Of a DNA stretch of 64,000 bases, positions 31,915-49,521 are shown in pieces. This stretch comes from the human T2T-CHM13v2.0 reference genome, Homo sapiens. The stretch's first letter is position 1. Every line of letters begins with the position of its first letter. The translations under genes were made by a program, and so were the position numbers. The notes beneath the pieces were generated by a model. That model ran no database searches. It was given only the letters and a program-made list of their open reading frames with translations, and was not told the origin of the DNA. The stretch is from the NCBI RefSeq assembly GCF_009914755.1, contig NC_060926.1; one strand, 5' to 3'.

Positions 31915-32839
31915 AAAACATGCTTTTAATTAACTTTAAAAAAGTGAATAAAATATATAGTAAAATCGAAATCAGAGTGCTTTTGAAACAAATGAAATGT
32001 AAGACTTTTAATAAGCTAGGTGGTTATCAATGGTCATATCAGAAGATTGAAAATATCAACATTATAAATATCAATAAACTATGAGAAACTTGGAAATTCT
32101 TTCAGGAATGTGAAGGTGACTTAGAGCTAGCAGGTGCTTTTCACTGTGTGCATCATGCAGATTGGAATAAATATTTCCCCAGGGTGTAAAAATCTCCGAA
32201 GCTTTCTCTCCTACACAGTGAAATTACTACAATTTAATATTCAGTGTTACCAACACCTTCCCTTATATAATAAGGAAATTAAAGCATGAAGTAGGAAAAA
32301 CAAGCTGGATATATTGAGACAACTCTGGATCAACACTTCCTGGAAGGTGGGAGGACAGATTTATTCTAACCTCTGAGCGTCCTGATTCAAACATTTGTTC
32401 GGTTGTCCTTGGCCTAGGATGCCCTTATTTTTGGCCTGGTAGACACCTCCTCATTCTCCAAGATTCACATTAAGTTCAGCTTCTCTGTGAAGGCTTCTTT
32501 CACCCTAAGGGTAAGTTGACCCTTTTCCCGTCTTCTTTGCTAACACTGCATACTCTTTGTTTTTTTTGCAAATATATCTTACTTTCCACTATATGTGAGC
32601 TTCTTGAGGGCAGGGATTTAAATATATATATGTATGTATTTTATTTACTTAACATAGTACTTACTAAGTGCGTGGTGCTATTCTAAGCACTACATAAGTT
32701 ATTGATCATTTAATCCTTGTAATAGTCCCATGAGGCTTATTATTATCTCCATTTTGTAGATGAGGAACCTGAAGTGCAGAGTGTTCAGTAACTTTATTCC
32801 TCTCTGTTTCACCAGAACCTAAAGGTGATTCTTTGCATA

Positions 32840-33998
32840 CAGTAGGCATTCATTCATTCAATAAATCTTTATTGAATACTATATATATATATACTCTTCT
32901 AAGTGCTAAGATACAGCAATGAAAAAAGATGAAAAAACCCCCACCTTTTTGGAGCTCACATTTTGGTTGTCAGAATAGGTAAAAAAAAAAAAAAAAAAGA
33001 TAAATAAAATAAACATTTGTTCCATAGGTGGCAATAAATTCTGCAGGAAAAAAAAGTAAAGCCAGTAAGTGGGAAAAGGAGCTCTTGAAATTGCAATTTT
33101 AGATGGGTTAACAGGGAAGGGCTCACTGAGAAGGAGATATTTGAGGGAAGGAGTTGAGTGAGTGAATGAGTGAGTCATATCTGGGGGAAGAACATCCCAG
33201 GAACAGCTAGTACAAAGGTCCTGAGGTGTCTGGAATGTTCAAGGAACAGCAAAGGGTGGGGAGCGTGCTCCTATAATAGAACAGGGAAGCGGGAAAGAAG
33301 TAGAGGGTGAGGTTGGGAGAGAATGGGCAGTGAGCAGAGCATGTAGGGCTTTAAAATAATTTTTCAAGTTGAACTTTTACTAAAAATATCTTTGGAAGTT
33401 TTTTTTTTTTTTTTTTTCCCCAGCCTACATCGTGCTTTAATTTTTTTTTTTCTTTTCTTCTCTTTTTTTCTTTTTCCTTTTTTTTGGCGGGGGGGGACAG
33501 GGTCCCACTCTGTGGCCCAGGCTGGAGGGCAGTGGTGTGATCTTGGCTCAAGCAACCTCTGCCTCCCAGGCTCAAGCGATCCTCCCGCCTCAGCCTCCCT
33601 AGTAGCTGGGACTACAGGTGTGCACTATCATGCCTGGCTAATTTTTGTATTTTTTCTAGAGATGGGGTTTCATGATGCTGCCCAAGCTGATCTCGAACTC
33701 CTGAGCTCAAGCAATCCACTCACCTTGGCCTCCCTAGTAGCTGGGACTACACGTGTGCACTATCATACCTGGCTAATTTTTGTATTTTTGGTAGAGATGG
33801 GGTTTCATCATGTTGCCCAAGCTGGTCTCGAACTCCTCGATCCACCCACCTCAGCCTCCCAAAGCTCTGGGATTACAGGCATGAGCCAGCACATGCAGCC
33901 CTTTGGAGGGCTTGGAGGGTTTTTGAGCAGAAGAGTGATCTTCTTGAATTTATGTTTTTATCGGTGTCACTCAGGCTTCTGTGTTTTATATTTGTTTT

Positions 33999-34056
<58 letters not shown>

Positions 34057-35940
34057 GAGACAGGGTCTTGCTCTGTTGCCCAGGCTGGAGTGTGGTGGTA
34101 CAATCATAGCTCACTGCAGCCCCAAACTCCTGGGCTTAAGAGATCTTTGTGCCTTGGCCTCCCAAAGTTCTGGGATTACAGTCATGAGCCACTGTGCCTG
34201 GCCCAGGCTTCTGTGTTGAGAAGAATCTCAACATGTCAAAGATGGAAGCTGGGAGACTAGTTTGGAGGTTCCCACAGTAATTTAGGTAAAAGACAGCAGT
34301 GGTAGTAGTGGAAGTGGTGAGAATTGGTCAGATTCTGGACATATGCTGAAGGTTAATCAGACAGATCTGCTGATAGGTCAGATGTGAGGTGTGAGAGGAA
34401 AAGAAGCATCCAGTATGACTTCAAGGCTTTGAACTCTGCAACTCGGGAAAAGAAGAAAAGGAACAGGATTTGGTGGTAGGGCAGTGACAAGCAGCAATCA
34501 GGAGTTCAGTTTAGGACTTGTTAAACTTGAGATGTCTTTTATTCAAGTGATAATATTAAGGAGGCAGCTGGATATGTGAATCTGGGGTATAGGGGAGACA
34601 TGCAGACCGGACACTGTTAGCACATCCTAGATGATAGTTCAAGTCATGAGACTAGAGGAGATTGCCAAATGAGTCAGTGAAGATGGAAAGCAGAAGAGGT
34701 ACAAGGGCTGAATCTTGGGATGCTCCAAGTTTTGGAGGTCAGAGAGATGAACAGGACCTAACATAGAAGACTGATAATGAGCAGCCAGAGAAATAGGGGA
34801 AAGATTAGGTAAGTGCCCTTCTAAAAACTATATGGAAAGTGGTTCAGGAGGAAAGAGTAATCACATTCTACTAACTGATCAAGTAAGATGAAAATTAAGG
34901 CTTGGCTGTTGGATATAGCAACAGGAAAGTGGAGGAGATCTTGATGAGAGTGATTTAACTGAAGTGGATTGGATAAATAACTGACTATATTAGGTTTTAG
35001 AGAGGTACTGGACATGGGGAATATAGACAACCCCTAGGAAAGAAAGAAATGGAGGTAGTAGCTGAAAGAGGAAGTGAGGTCAACAGAGGGTTTTTCAAAA
35101 ATGGGAGAAATAGTGTTCATAGATAGGTGGAAAAGATCCAGGGGAAAGGGATGAGCTGATGCAGGTGATTGAGAGGAGAATTGCTGGAGTGATGTCCTTG
35201 AGTAGGTGGTGTCTGGTTCACAAGGAAAGCGGTGGCCTTTTCTTTTCTTTTTTTCTTTTCTTTTCCTCTCTCTCTCTTTCTTTCTTTCTTTCTTTTTTTT
35301 GTATTTTTTGTAGAGACAGGGTTTCACCATGTTGCCCAGGCTGGTGTTGAACTCCTGGCATCATGCAATCTGCCTGCCTCAGCCTCCTAAAGTGCTGGGA
35401 TTACAGGCATGAGCCATCACGCCCGGCCAGCGGTGGCCTTTTCTAGGGGCACAGAGTGTTCCTCTACAGTCACAGGAAGGAAGCCCAGAATATGGGCATG
35501 ATGCAGCGGTGGGTGTTTGTGGGAGCTCTCTTCTGATTCATTCTATTTTCTCAGTGAAATAGGAAGCAAGGGCATCAGAATGATGAGGGGAGGTGAGTAA
35601 GTATTTGAGGTTTGAGGACAGAGAAGGTGTGAAATAGTCACCCAGGAGAGTGGGAGAATAAAAGGGCCAGGGAAATTCAGTGTGGTTGTTAGCAGCATTA
35701 AGGGCTTACTCAAAACTTATGATCATGAATTTAAAGTGAGATCTCTTAGTATGGTTTGGTTCTTCACTAGTTGCATTTGGCTGCACAGGTGTACAACTGG
35801 ACTATGGGGAATGTTTTCTTCAACAAAGGTTATTGTTTATTCAAGTGAGTATCTCAGTGTCAGAGGCGGCAAGGGAGCTGAGGGTACATGCAACATAATA
35901 TAAGTGAGTTTAAGCTGGGTGAGGTATCAAATGAACGCAT
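32840..35940. mobile_element. Long fragmented L2 element interrupted by Alus (33470-33900, 34004-34207, 35240-35428)
   Basis: cattcattcattcaataaa tail; ggaagaacatcccagg, ggagttcagtttagg, gaggcagctggatat L2 motifs; Alu TSD agcggtggccttttct. Confidence 0.8.
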
Positions 35941-35946
35941 ACATGA

Positions 35947-36557
<611 letters not shown>

Positions 36558-37486
36558 TAAACGTTGCTCTTGGCTCAGAATAATTTAAGAGGAGCAAATC
36601 TTATATCATAGGTCATAGAGTACAGGGGTTATTCTGTTTAAGTTTTTCCTTAGATTGTTTAGAATTCTTCTTCCATTCAAATTTTAGCTTATTCTGGGAG
36701 CAAAACACACTGACCCAGGGTAGATGCTGGAGAGTGACTCACAGAAGTTTCCACAAACATACAACTTTTTTTTATTTTTCTTTTTGGCCAGGACTCAATA
36801 TTTTTATTAGTGTCTGGTAAATGATATTTGAGTAGATCCTAATTAGGGGTGTGTGTCAAGGGGCACGATGGTGAGGGGACCCTTATTCCCTTTGGGTCCC
36901 TGTTTGGCTTCAAATTTGTATTCAGCAGGCCGAAAGAGAGGCAAATGTTACCATCTGTCCTTGGCCAGGGAAAACATATTTACAATGCAGACTCTCGTTT
37001 CACGAATCCAAGTTGGAGATCAGAGAGAGAACCAAGAAGCAACGTGGAAGACCAACCAATCTTTCTTAGGAACCTAAACACATCAGCACACCCACCATTT
37101 CCACCTCCCTATAATTTAAATATAGCACAAAATAAATGCTCTGTCTACCTTGCTCTACATAGCCATCAGTCCATGCGTAGCATGGCCACTCCCTGACCAA
37201 AGCCTTGTTACTGTATGTGGCCAGGGACCTTGGTTAATATGGGGTGTGTGTGGGGTGTGTGTGTGTGTGTGTGTGTGTGTCTGCTATTTTAAAACTAGTG
37301 GCCTAAAAATAGTTGTGTACACATAGAAAATGCATGCTGGTTGAGTGGTTGAGTTCAGGATTGCCAAACCCCAGAACTCTTAGCCTGGGAGGATGGCAAG
37401 TATAATATATCTTATTCTATTACCTGAATATCTTAACCAAGGGACAATCAAAAGGAATCCAATATACAGGCACTCCTACTCAGACC

Positions 37487-37897
37487 AGTGGTTCTCAACA
37501 GGGGCAGGACCACTTTTTGGATATGGTTTGGGAATTACGGATGCATTTTTGGTTATCACAGTGATTGAAGGCATGCTCAGTGGCATTTGGTGGCTGGGGC
37601 CAAGACTGACAGATGTGTGGAACAGTTCCATAGAACAAAGAAACTGTTCTGCCTGACTTTCAAATGCCCTGCAGGGCATTGATATGAATGAAAAATCTAT
37701 CTATAATTATTTCAACTTAGACCCTAACTCCAGTTTTATTTCTTCTTTATTTTACACTTATGACATTGTGCTAATTAAAAAATTTTTTCCTGTGTGGAAT
37801 TAGATTATATGATATATGAATTTCATTTAAAATCATGAAGGCGATGTTTTATTATATAAAGGGGATAATGGGTCTGATATGATGGAGAACTACCATG
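37487..37897. mobile_element. MER20B-like hAT element (internally deleted)
   Basis: cagtggttctcaac...tttttggttatcaca...gggtctgatatgatggagaactac. Confidence 0.7.
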
Positions 37898-38493
37898 CTG
37901 GTTACTTATATGTATCCAGACATCCTTCCATGGCAAATTTACACATTATCTATAACTGCATCTAACCTTATTCATAAAAGGCAGCGATACATCAACCCCT
38001 GCAGTCCACATTTAAATCCTAAAGTGTGAAGAGTCTCGGCTGGGGGCTAGCTGTGATTCCTCCTCCTTATCCCAATTAGGAGGAAACTAAAAACAGGAAC
38101 TACCCACATTTTTTAGGGAAAAGGGAATCACAGTAAAAATGTATGTGAGGATGAGAAATAAGAAGCTCCAGCTGGTGAGAAGAGCAAGGGAAAGGAGAGT
38201 TCGGGGCTGGGCATCAAATTAAGTGGAAAGCCCCATCAAGGACAGAGACGAGATCTCTCTTCTAGATCTCCATCTCCAAACACTCCCCTGCAACAGATGT
38301 ACACACAGAGCCCATTGTTTTCTCTAGAAATGTAAACTGCACGTCACAGTTACTCCATACACACCACAAACAGACTCCCTTTGTTCTCAGGATATGTGTT
38401 GACACAAGAATATGTCATCCTCTCAGCTCCAGACTTTCCACTGAATAAAGGTGCCAAGGGAAAGTTTTGGAAAGCTTTTCAAAAGAAGATCTA

Positions 38494-38826
<333 letters not shown>

Positions 38827-39016
38827 TCAGGACCCTACAATTACAAGGATATGAGGCCTTTTCCCATAATCAGGGTGAAGCAGCTACAAATAATCACAGC
38901 AGGAGGGAGTAATGCATGACACCACCATTTTTTTTTCTGCAATGACTTCCTGTCACATCTGCTGCCATGTTTTATGCTAGAAACTGCAGTGGAAAGTGGC
39001 TGAAGGTTTGTTGTTG

Positions 39017-39612
39017 TGAAACCATCCCTATAAACTTTACAAAAATTAATCAGAAAAGAAGGGAGGGACAGAAATAAAAATAAACCAAGTTTGCAGCATA
39101 TTCAGCATTTATCATGAGGTCAGCTCACTCTTTGACCTGCTTCCTCATCGTCATTTAGTGCCTGTTGTATTAGAATTTCATAGATCCTGTTACAAGATTA
39201 TAGTGTCCCTAAAGTGCTTTATAGATAACAACTTGAACATTATAAAATGTTAAGTTTTCCATTTGAGATATTCCTTCAGGTCCTGCATACCAATGAAACT
39301 ACTGACATCAGCTGGTCTGAACGACCCCAAAAGGAGCTGACTCACCAAAGAATGCAGTTTCCACATCCTAATGATTTCATCCCCCTTATTCCAACTGATC
39401 AATGACCCCAGTTTTCCAGGTCCTCGCCCTCCACGATCCCCTTAAAAACCCCAGCCTACAATTCCTTGGGGAGATGGATTTGAGGGTCTCCTCCCATCTT
39501 CTTACTCAGCACCCTGCAACCATTAAATTCTTTCTCTGCTGCAAACCCTCCTGTCTCAGTGTATTGGCGTGTTACTATGCAGTGGGGATACGAAACTGTT
39601 GGTCTTATAACA
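39017..39612 (+). mobile_element. Solo ERV1 LTR (LTR26-like)
   Basis: TGAAACCATCCCTATAAACTTTAC...ATTAATCAG start; attaaa signal; ends ...TATAACA. Confidence 0.75.
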
Positions 39613-39715
39613 GTGTTTTGTTTTTAAGAGAGGAGCAGGCTAATTAAAAGAGAGGTTTTAGGGACCAACCAAAGAGAAGGCTTGACATTGAAAACTCATA
39701 AAATTGTGGAACACT

Positions 39716-40682
<967 letters not shown>

Positions 40683-40847
40683 GGTTGCTTGAGAAATACA
40701 TGTTGTTTGTCTCCAGGCTGAATCTGTATCTCTCATGGATCAACATAAGACCTCTTTCAGTGGAGATATGGCCTCGACAAAATATTTGTTGAATTAGGTT
40801 GAGGCATGGGGATAAGGCCACAATGGAGGAAAGTGATATGAACAAAA

Positions 40848-41235
40848 GCAGGGCCAGCTTCAGGGGTGTATGACCTGTCCAATCACACAGGGCCCTGTGC
40901 TTAGAAGGGCTTGCACCCGTTGGTTCAATGCCTCACTATTACCATCTTGAAATTATTAATAATTTTTGAATAAGGGGGCAACACACTTTCATTTTGCAAT
41001 GGACCCTTCAAATTATATAGCCAATCCTAATCAAAAGAGTGAACATCTGAGTCTGAGAGAGCTGGGTTCAAATCCAAGTTCTACCATTACCTGGCTGTAT
41101 AATCTTGGGCAACTTATTTAACCTCTTTTCATCAGTAAAATAGGGACCATGATAGTGTCTACCTCATAAGGCTGTTGTGAAGACTAAAATAAACTATATT
41201 GCAGTTTTCAGTAGATATTATTCGTGTTATCATCA
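40848..41235. mobile_element. MER91-like DNA transposon (40848-41025) plus MIR (41040-41235)
   Basis: cagggccagcttca...cagggccctgtgcttagaaggg...ttttcattttgca; MIR core ctgggttcaaatcc...ttgggcaacttatttaacctct. Confidence 0.65.
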
Positions 41236-42323
41236 GTGACAAAGATTTAGATGACATTGCAAAGGCACCAAGGCACTAAGGCACCAAGCAAGGCTGGATA
41301 ACTGTTTTCTAAACCCATTTTTGGGACAGATTTCTGCTCTGGATGTATATAATTGACGTCACCATCTTGTGGCAAGACAGGCCAAGATAATTTTCCTAAT
41401 TGCAGGCTTCACTGACACATTTTGTGCCAGAACCGCAGGAGAGTAGGTGTTATTTCAAATCTGTGAATCATCACCACACACTCATGCATGGCATATTTCT
41501 TATAAATTTAAAAGAGTTGAACTCTAACCAAGATAATGGAGACATTATTTTAGAATGTAGAAATATGCCCATATAAAGGCAACTTGCTATTGAAAATACT
41601 TCTGCTGCGTGGGCCTGTCGAGTCATTTTATTTGCCATACAGTTATTGAATGCAATATTCCCAACCAAAGAAGGTGCAAATCAAAAAATATCACCAGACC
41701 CATTTTACTAGGACTACATACTAATTACCACCTTGCCATGAATAAATTGATTGTATTGTATTAGAATATGGTTTGGGCTAAGTTAGGAATGAAATGTGGA
41801 GGTGAGGCCAAATGGAAGCATATTTTTCCTTTTTGACTGAATACCCCCCATTAGTTCCTTGCTTATTACTATAATTAAAAGTAGTCTTTGTCAGTACTTG
41901 TTCTTTCAAAATTATTTCTGAAGTTGAGAACAAATTTTTAAAGTGTGAGATGGATTTTTTAAAAAGGTTGTAATACATTAAATATATCATGAACATTCTA
42001 CTTAGACAAAAGACCACAGCTACCATACCACGATAAGAAATTGTCTCCTCAAGAGTTGAGTCATGGTTCTAGAAGAAAACTCGTCAATGGCTAGGGAGAT
42101 AGAATTGACCCTGTGATCTGGGAAGTGAGTTCTTTCCCCCAGCCAAGGCTGGTTCCATGGTTGCAGGTGAAGATCAAGTTGGTCTTCCAGGTCTCACTAA
42201 GCATCGTAACCTTGGGCTTCACTCTATTATTTAAGTCATTAGAATCTGACAAATGTAGTATTATTCATTTAGAGATGATTTTTCCTAATTTTATATATAT
42301 TTTTTGTAATAAAAGTTTTTGTA

Positions 42324-43460
42324 GGCCAGGCGCAGTGGCTCATGTCTGTAATCCCAGCGCTTTGGGAGGCTGAGGCAGGAGGATCCCTTGAGGCCAGGAG
42401 TTTGAGACAGTCTGGGCAACACAGGAAGATGTTGTCTCTACTGAAAATAAAAAAAAGTCAGCTGAGTGTGGTGGCACACCCTATGGCCCCAGTTGCTCAG
42501 GAAGCTGAGGTGGAAGAATTGCTTGAACAAGGGAGGTCAAGGGTGCAGTGAGTGGTGATTGTGCCACTACATTCCAGCCTGAGTGATGGAGTGAGTTTTG
42601 TCTCAAGAAAAAGAAAAAAAAATTAACCATGTGTTAACAGCTACATAACAAACTTACCATTACAGCCACTTTTTAAAAATTAAATCAATTAGTTAATTTT
42701 TTTAGAGATGACAGTCTTGCTCTGTCACCCCACTGGAGTGCAGTATCATAGCTCACTCTAGTGTTGAACTACTGGGCTCAAGGGATCCTCCCACCTCAGC
42801 CACCAGAGTAGCTGTGATTACAGGCACATGCCACCATGACCTACAACCATTTTTTAAGTGTATAGTTCAGTAGTATTAAATGCATTCACATATATGGCAT
42901 TTTTAAAGATATCTTCAGTGCCTAAATGTGCAGAATTGTTTTCAAATCTTTTAGATAATTAATTTAGACACTGACAAGAGGAAGTGACAGACTTGGCTCT
43001 GAAATTCCCAGGGACTGCACTTTTAGGGTTTATGAGAGCACCTCATACCAGGCAAGGGTAGGTGCACCTCAGGGCTCAGCAGGAAGCAACAGCAGGGACA
43101 AGGACAGAGATTCTCTGAGAATTTGCTATGTGTCAGTGTCTGTTCTGAGATAGGTTAGAAGTAATGAGCTGGGGCCAGGTGCAGTGGCTCACACCTGTAA
43201 TTCCAGCACTTTGGCAGGCTGAGGTGGGAAGATCACTTGAGGCCAGCCTGGGAAACGTGGTGAAACCCTGTTTCTTCTAAAAATACAAAAATTAACCAGG
43301 CGTGGTGGTGCATGCCTGTAATTCCAGCTACTCAGGAGGGTAAGGCAGGAGAATCGCTTGAACCCGGGAGGCGGAGACTGCAGTGAGCCAAGATCGCGTC
43401 ACTGCACTCCAGCCTGAGTGACAGAGTGAGACCCCATCTCAAAAATAATAATAATAATAA
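42324..43460. mobile_element. AluJ (+, 42324-42622), L1M/Alu fragments (-), AluS (+, 43173-43460)
   Basis: Alu consensus motifs. Confidence 0.8.
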
Positions 43461-44954
43461 TGAACTGACTAGTGCCACCCTGATCTTTTGTGAATCCTTC
43501 CACCATCTTATAAGACTGCCTTACCTCCTCAGACACTTGCCCCTATCAATGTGTCTTTTTCTTCTCCGTGGTTTTATGCTTTCTCTATTGGCTTCCTATC
43601 CACATGTAAATATGCTGTTTCCCATTTTAATAAAACAAACCAAACCAAACAAACAAAACCTTCCCTTGTCAAAATCCTCCCTTTTAACTTTACATTCTTT
43701 TTGTGTTTGCTTATGCTTTAATGTAGGGTTTCTTTTTTCCTTTCAAAGCTGTGCAAGCATGGGCATGGTTGCAAGTGTCAAATCATTTTCCAAGGCCTTT
43801 GACAAAAAACAGCAGTCCTTGCCCCTCTGCTGCTTCTTACTCCCCCCAAACAACTATGAGTACTTTCTATTCTTTCAACCAGTATTTTTTTTAAAAAAGA
43901 GTATCTCCTCATCTCAGAATAAGAAGCTTGCTCACATTTTTCCAGCTTTGGCCATTGGGAGCTCTTTCAGATTGGCTCCACATCCCTCTTGTTTTCTGAG
44001 CAATTCCTTTCTTCCTGGCACTATACTTACTTTTTGCCAAGCTTATCTTGTATTTTCCCTTATCCAGCCCTAGAATCAGTTATTTTCCAAGGAGCCCTGG
44101 TTTCTTTCATTGAAGAGTGGTTTTTGGAAAGCCAAATCTATGCACAAGTGTGCTCATTGCTACTGGGTGGACACTGCTTCTAGGCCTTCTCAGTGGACAG
44201 TTAGAAAATAAATGCGTGTATTTCTGTGTACAGCAAGTCCTTACTTAACATCAATAGGTTCTTGGAAACTGCAACTTTAAGCAAAATGACATATAAAGAA
44301 TCAAATTTTTTTCTTTTTTTTCCTTAGGACCTCATGATGCAACAGTAGAAACCAAATTTTTTTCATGAACAGTCTAAAAAATGACATTTAATGAAACATT
44401 ATTTGAGGACCTGCTGTATATTGTTTCCTTTAAAGTCGCAAAGTCTTGCAGGTGCTGTGGCTCTTGCCTGTAATCTCAGCTACTTGGGAGGCTGAGGTGG
44501 GTGGATCATGTGAGGCCAGGAGTTTGAGATCAGTCTAAGCACACATAGGGAGACTCCCATCTCTAGAAGTCATTAAAAAATTAGCAGATGTGGTGGCACG
44601 TGCCTGTAGTCCCAGCTACTTAGGAGGCTGTGGTGGGATGATCTCTTGAGCCCAGGAGTTGGAGGCTGCAGTTAGCATGATATCTAGTGCACTCCAGCCT
44701 GGGTGATAGAGTGAAACCCCATCCCTGAAAAAAAAAAAAAAAAAAGAAAATAACTAAAGAAAACAAAATTTTAAACTCGCATATATGAAAGTTCATTCTT
44801 TCTACTGTGAAGTTATATGGGTTTTAAAAAATGCATAGTCATGTATACACCGCTCCAGTGCTGGGTAAAACAATTGCATCCCCCTAAAAATTGTCTTTAT
44901 AGTCTCTAGTTCAATTTTTGATTGCACTTATCAAATTCCTTTGTCTTTTTAAAA

Positions 44955-45252
44955 TTTTATTTATTTATTTTTGAGGCAATGTCTTTTTCTGTCATTGAGG
45001 CTGGAGTGCAGTAGCACCATCATGGCTCACTGCAGCCTTGAACTCCTGGGCTCAAGCAATCCTCCTGCCTCAGCCTTCTGAGTAGCTGAGACTACAGGTG
45101 TGCACCCAACTAATTAAATTTTTTTCTTTTTTTGTAGATACAAGGTCTCGCTGTTCTACCTAGGCTGTTCTAGAACTCCTAATGTCAAGCTATCCTCCTG
45201 CCTCGGCCTCCCATGCTGTTGGGATTACAGGTGAGAACCACCGTCCTTGGTC
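44955..45252 (-). mobile_element. AluJ hosting an exonised segment
   Basis: Antisense Alu consensus. Confidence 0.88.
45138..45230 (+). CDS. ACYP2: Alu-derived internal exon (93 nt) of the long ACYP2 isoform
   Basis: tttgtag|ATAC...TTACAG|gtgaga; open frame (phase 2) [30 protein letters not shown] joins in frame with 51427. Size and spacing match my recollection of the ACYP2 long-isoform exons. Confidence 0.6.
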
Positions 45253-45279
45253 ACAAATTCCTTTAAAGAGCTGTGCAAT

Positions 45280-46846
<1,567 letters not shown>

Positions 46847-47499
46847 AAAGAGCTGTGCAATACTCTATCTGCCACCAGAGGACTTCACTTACATCTGTGC
46901 CACCTTCAAGAAAGGCAATAGATTTCTGAGGTTTCCAATTGAAAATGGCTGGAAGGGCTCTGTTAGAAAAATCAGTCATTGGGAAGTTGATGGAAGTAGG
47001 TGGCCCATGAGGACAAGATACACTCTAGTGAACAGGAAAGAAAGCAACTAACTGGGGAGGTCTGATTGTATGGAGTGCTTTCCCCAGAGGGAGAATGTGC
47101 CAGTTATCACTTTATTGCCTCTCAGCTCCCTTCACTGACTCATCTATTAAAACATATCTGGGCCCTGTAATTAGTTTTTCCTTTTACTAGCTGGCACAAT
47201 GTTTCATCAGTAGAGGGTGCTGGAGAGAGGCATTGAAGAAAAAAGGTGTTTTCCTCCCTGGTCCTGATGGCTTGTTGGCTGGACCCCTGAAGAGCATGTT
47301 TTTAACTTCACTGTTGGCTCAGTATAAGTGCCTACAGGGCATTGCTTTTGCTGTGTGCCTTCTTCAGCTCTTTTCTTGACTGGCAGAGTGCGGTTAGGAG
47401 ACCCGGACAGCATGGCTTTCACCCTGTCCTATATTGCTGCTCTGCATAGGCATGCTGGGGGCCCCATAGGGCTGGCTGTCTAGTGAACTGAATGCCCAG

Positions 47500-48068
47500 C
47501 CTTCATCCACTAGCTCAGACTACTCTAGCCCAAGTCATATGCAGAGGTGCACTCGGTTGCTGTGGAAGGCCTCCCCAGCTCTCAGTCCCACCAGCACCCT
47601 CAGTGGCAGCCCAACTCACTCTGCACACCCACCCATCAAGTTCAGCTTTCCTGGGTCCTAGATATCCTGACACAGACACTGTGTGTTCCAGGCCTCACAC
47701 CTACAGTGGCTCTGTGACTCTCTCTGTACCAGTCCCCCTGTGTACACCCAGCTTGCCCACCGGCTCTGACTTGCCTGCCCCAAAGGGTTACTTCTTTCCT
47801 GGCAACTCTTAGCCATCTCTGGGCTGTGCAACTTAGGAACTCCTCTGCCACCAAGTAGATTGTGACCACACCTTCTTCAATGAGCTCTGATCCCTTCCTC
47901 CAAGTTTGTCCTTTTTTGGAACTTTCCCTCAGTCCTACAGCAGTGTTTAGAGCTTTCATTCTATCTTTAGAGTCACTCTCCTATCTTTCTTTACTCAGTA
48001 ATTCTTTATATTAAACATCCCTGTTTAAATTACTGTGTGGTTTTTGCTCTTGATTAGACCCTAACTAA
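47500..48068 (+). mobile_element. Ancient ERVL-class LTR (LTR40/33-like)
   Basis: 3' end ttatattaaacatccctgtttaaattactgtgtggttt...gattagaccctaactaat. Confidence 0.5.
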
Positions 48069-48499
48069 TTAAAGTTTACTCTCACTGGGAGAGGGCAACA
48101 GGTGTTCTGGTCTTTCATTAAATCTCATTTCAAGAAAGGGAAGAAAGCAATTTCCTGTCAAGAAACTTGATGTTGATACTGGCACAGACTCTCTGGGTAG
48201 AGGATGGAATTGGTATAAAAACCCTAACCAGTAACTCAGGCCCTAGGCCCAGATCCTGGCTTATATTCAAGTACAGTTTCGAGATAGGGATTTTCCTGTA
48301 CAATGAAAGAACAGCTTCTGAGTGCCTATCATAACCCAGAGCTGGTAAGGGTTTAAGACGTTTGCTAGACTTCTGCCTACAATGGAATAAGATAACTTAT
48401 TCTGGGAACATTATTAGTTACAGTGAGATGTAAAATTCACCTTCTTTTCATTGAGGTGGCACTTAAAAATAGCATAAGAGACAGATAGTTTCTAGATTA

Positions 48500-48750
48500 G
48501 GTATAATGTGCTAATAATGTAAAAAAGGTTCTTCTTTTGCTTCTTTCTCTTTCTTGCCAACGATGCATTTCTAAGTTTCTCTTTTAAAGAAAATTTCCTG
48601 GGTCTGAAAAGGAAGTTCGAAGTCCTTGTGATATTCTGCTGACAGATTGATCTTGTTTTGATTTTCTTGAATGTTCTGTTCTCCTCTTCTGCAAACAATG
48701 GGTCATTTTTGTCTCTCGATTTTACTTAGCTGTGGTTTGAAGTCTTCTTA
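48500..48750 (-). pseudogene. Possible fossil exon of the minus-strand pseudogene
   Basis: Purine-rich unique island; frames such as RRGEQNIQENQNKINLSAEYHKDFELPFQTQEIFFKRE; no clean splice sites. Confidence 0.3.
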
Positions 48751-49081
48751 ACATAACAGTACTGTGTGTTAACCATGCTATAATTAAAGAGTGAAGCTGA
48801 GGTTCTCCAGTGTTCCTTAAAGATTTCCTGGGTTAACTCTACCACAACTATACATCTCTGATAATGATATCTGCAGTCTTGTTCATAAAATAAGATGCAT
48901 TACCAAGGTGAGATGATTGCCCACAATCATATATCTAAAGAAGGAACATATAACTCATCTGAATACAAGAGACTTCCTTCTAAAGGATTTGACATATCTC
49001 CCATTGTTTTCCCATGTTTGTCCTCATAGAAATCTAATGAGGTAGATATTACTTTAGAGATAAGAAAGCCAGGCTAAATAA

Positions 49082-49521
<440 letters not shown>

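Noticed and set aside
33392-34219. 275-aa plus-strand ORF, the longest in the track
   Set aside because: Made of poly-T, a duplicated antisense Alu, an L2 piece and (TG)n; typical Alu pseudo-peptide.
43426-44073. 215-aa plus-strand ORF
   Set aside because: Starts in an Alu tail at a non-ATG codon and runs through T-rich decayed repeat; F/L/S bias and no recognisable domain.
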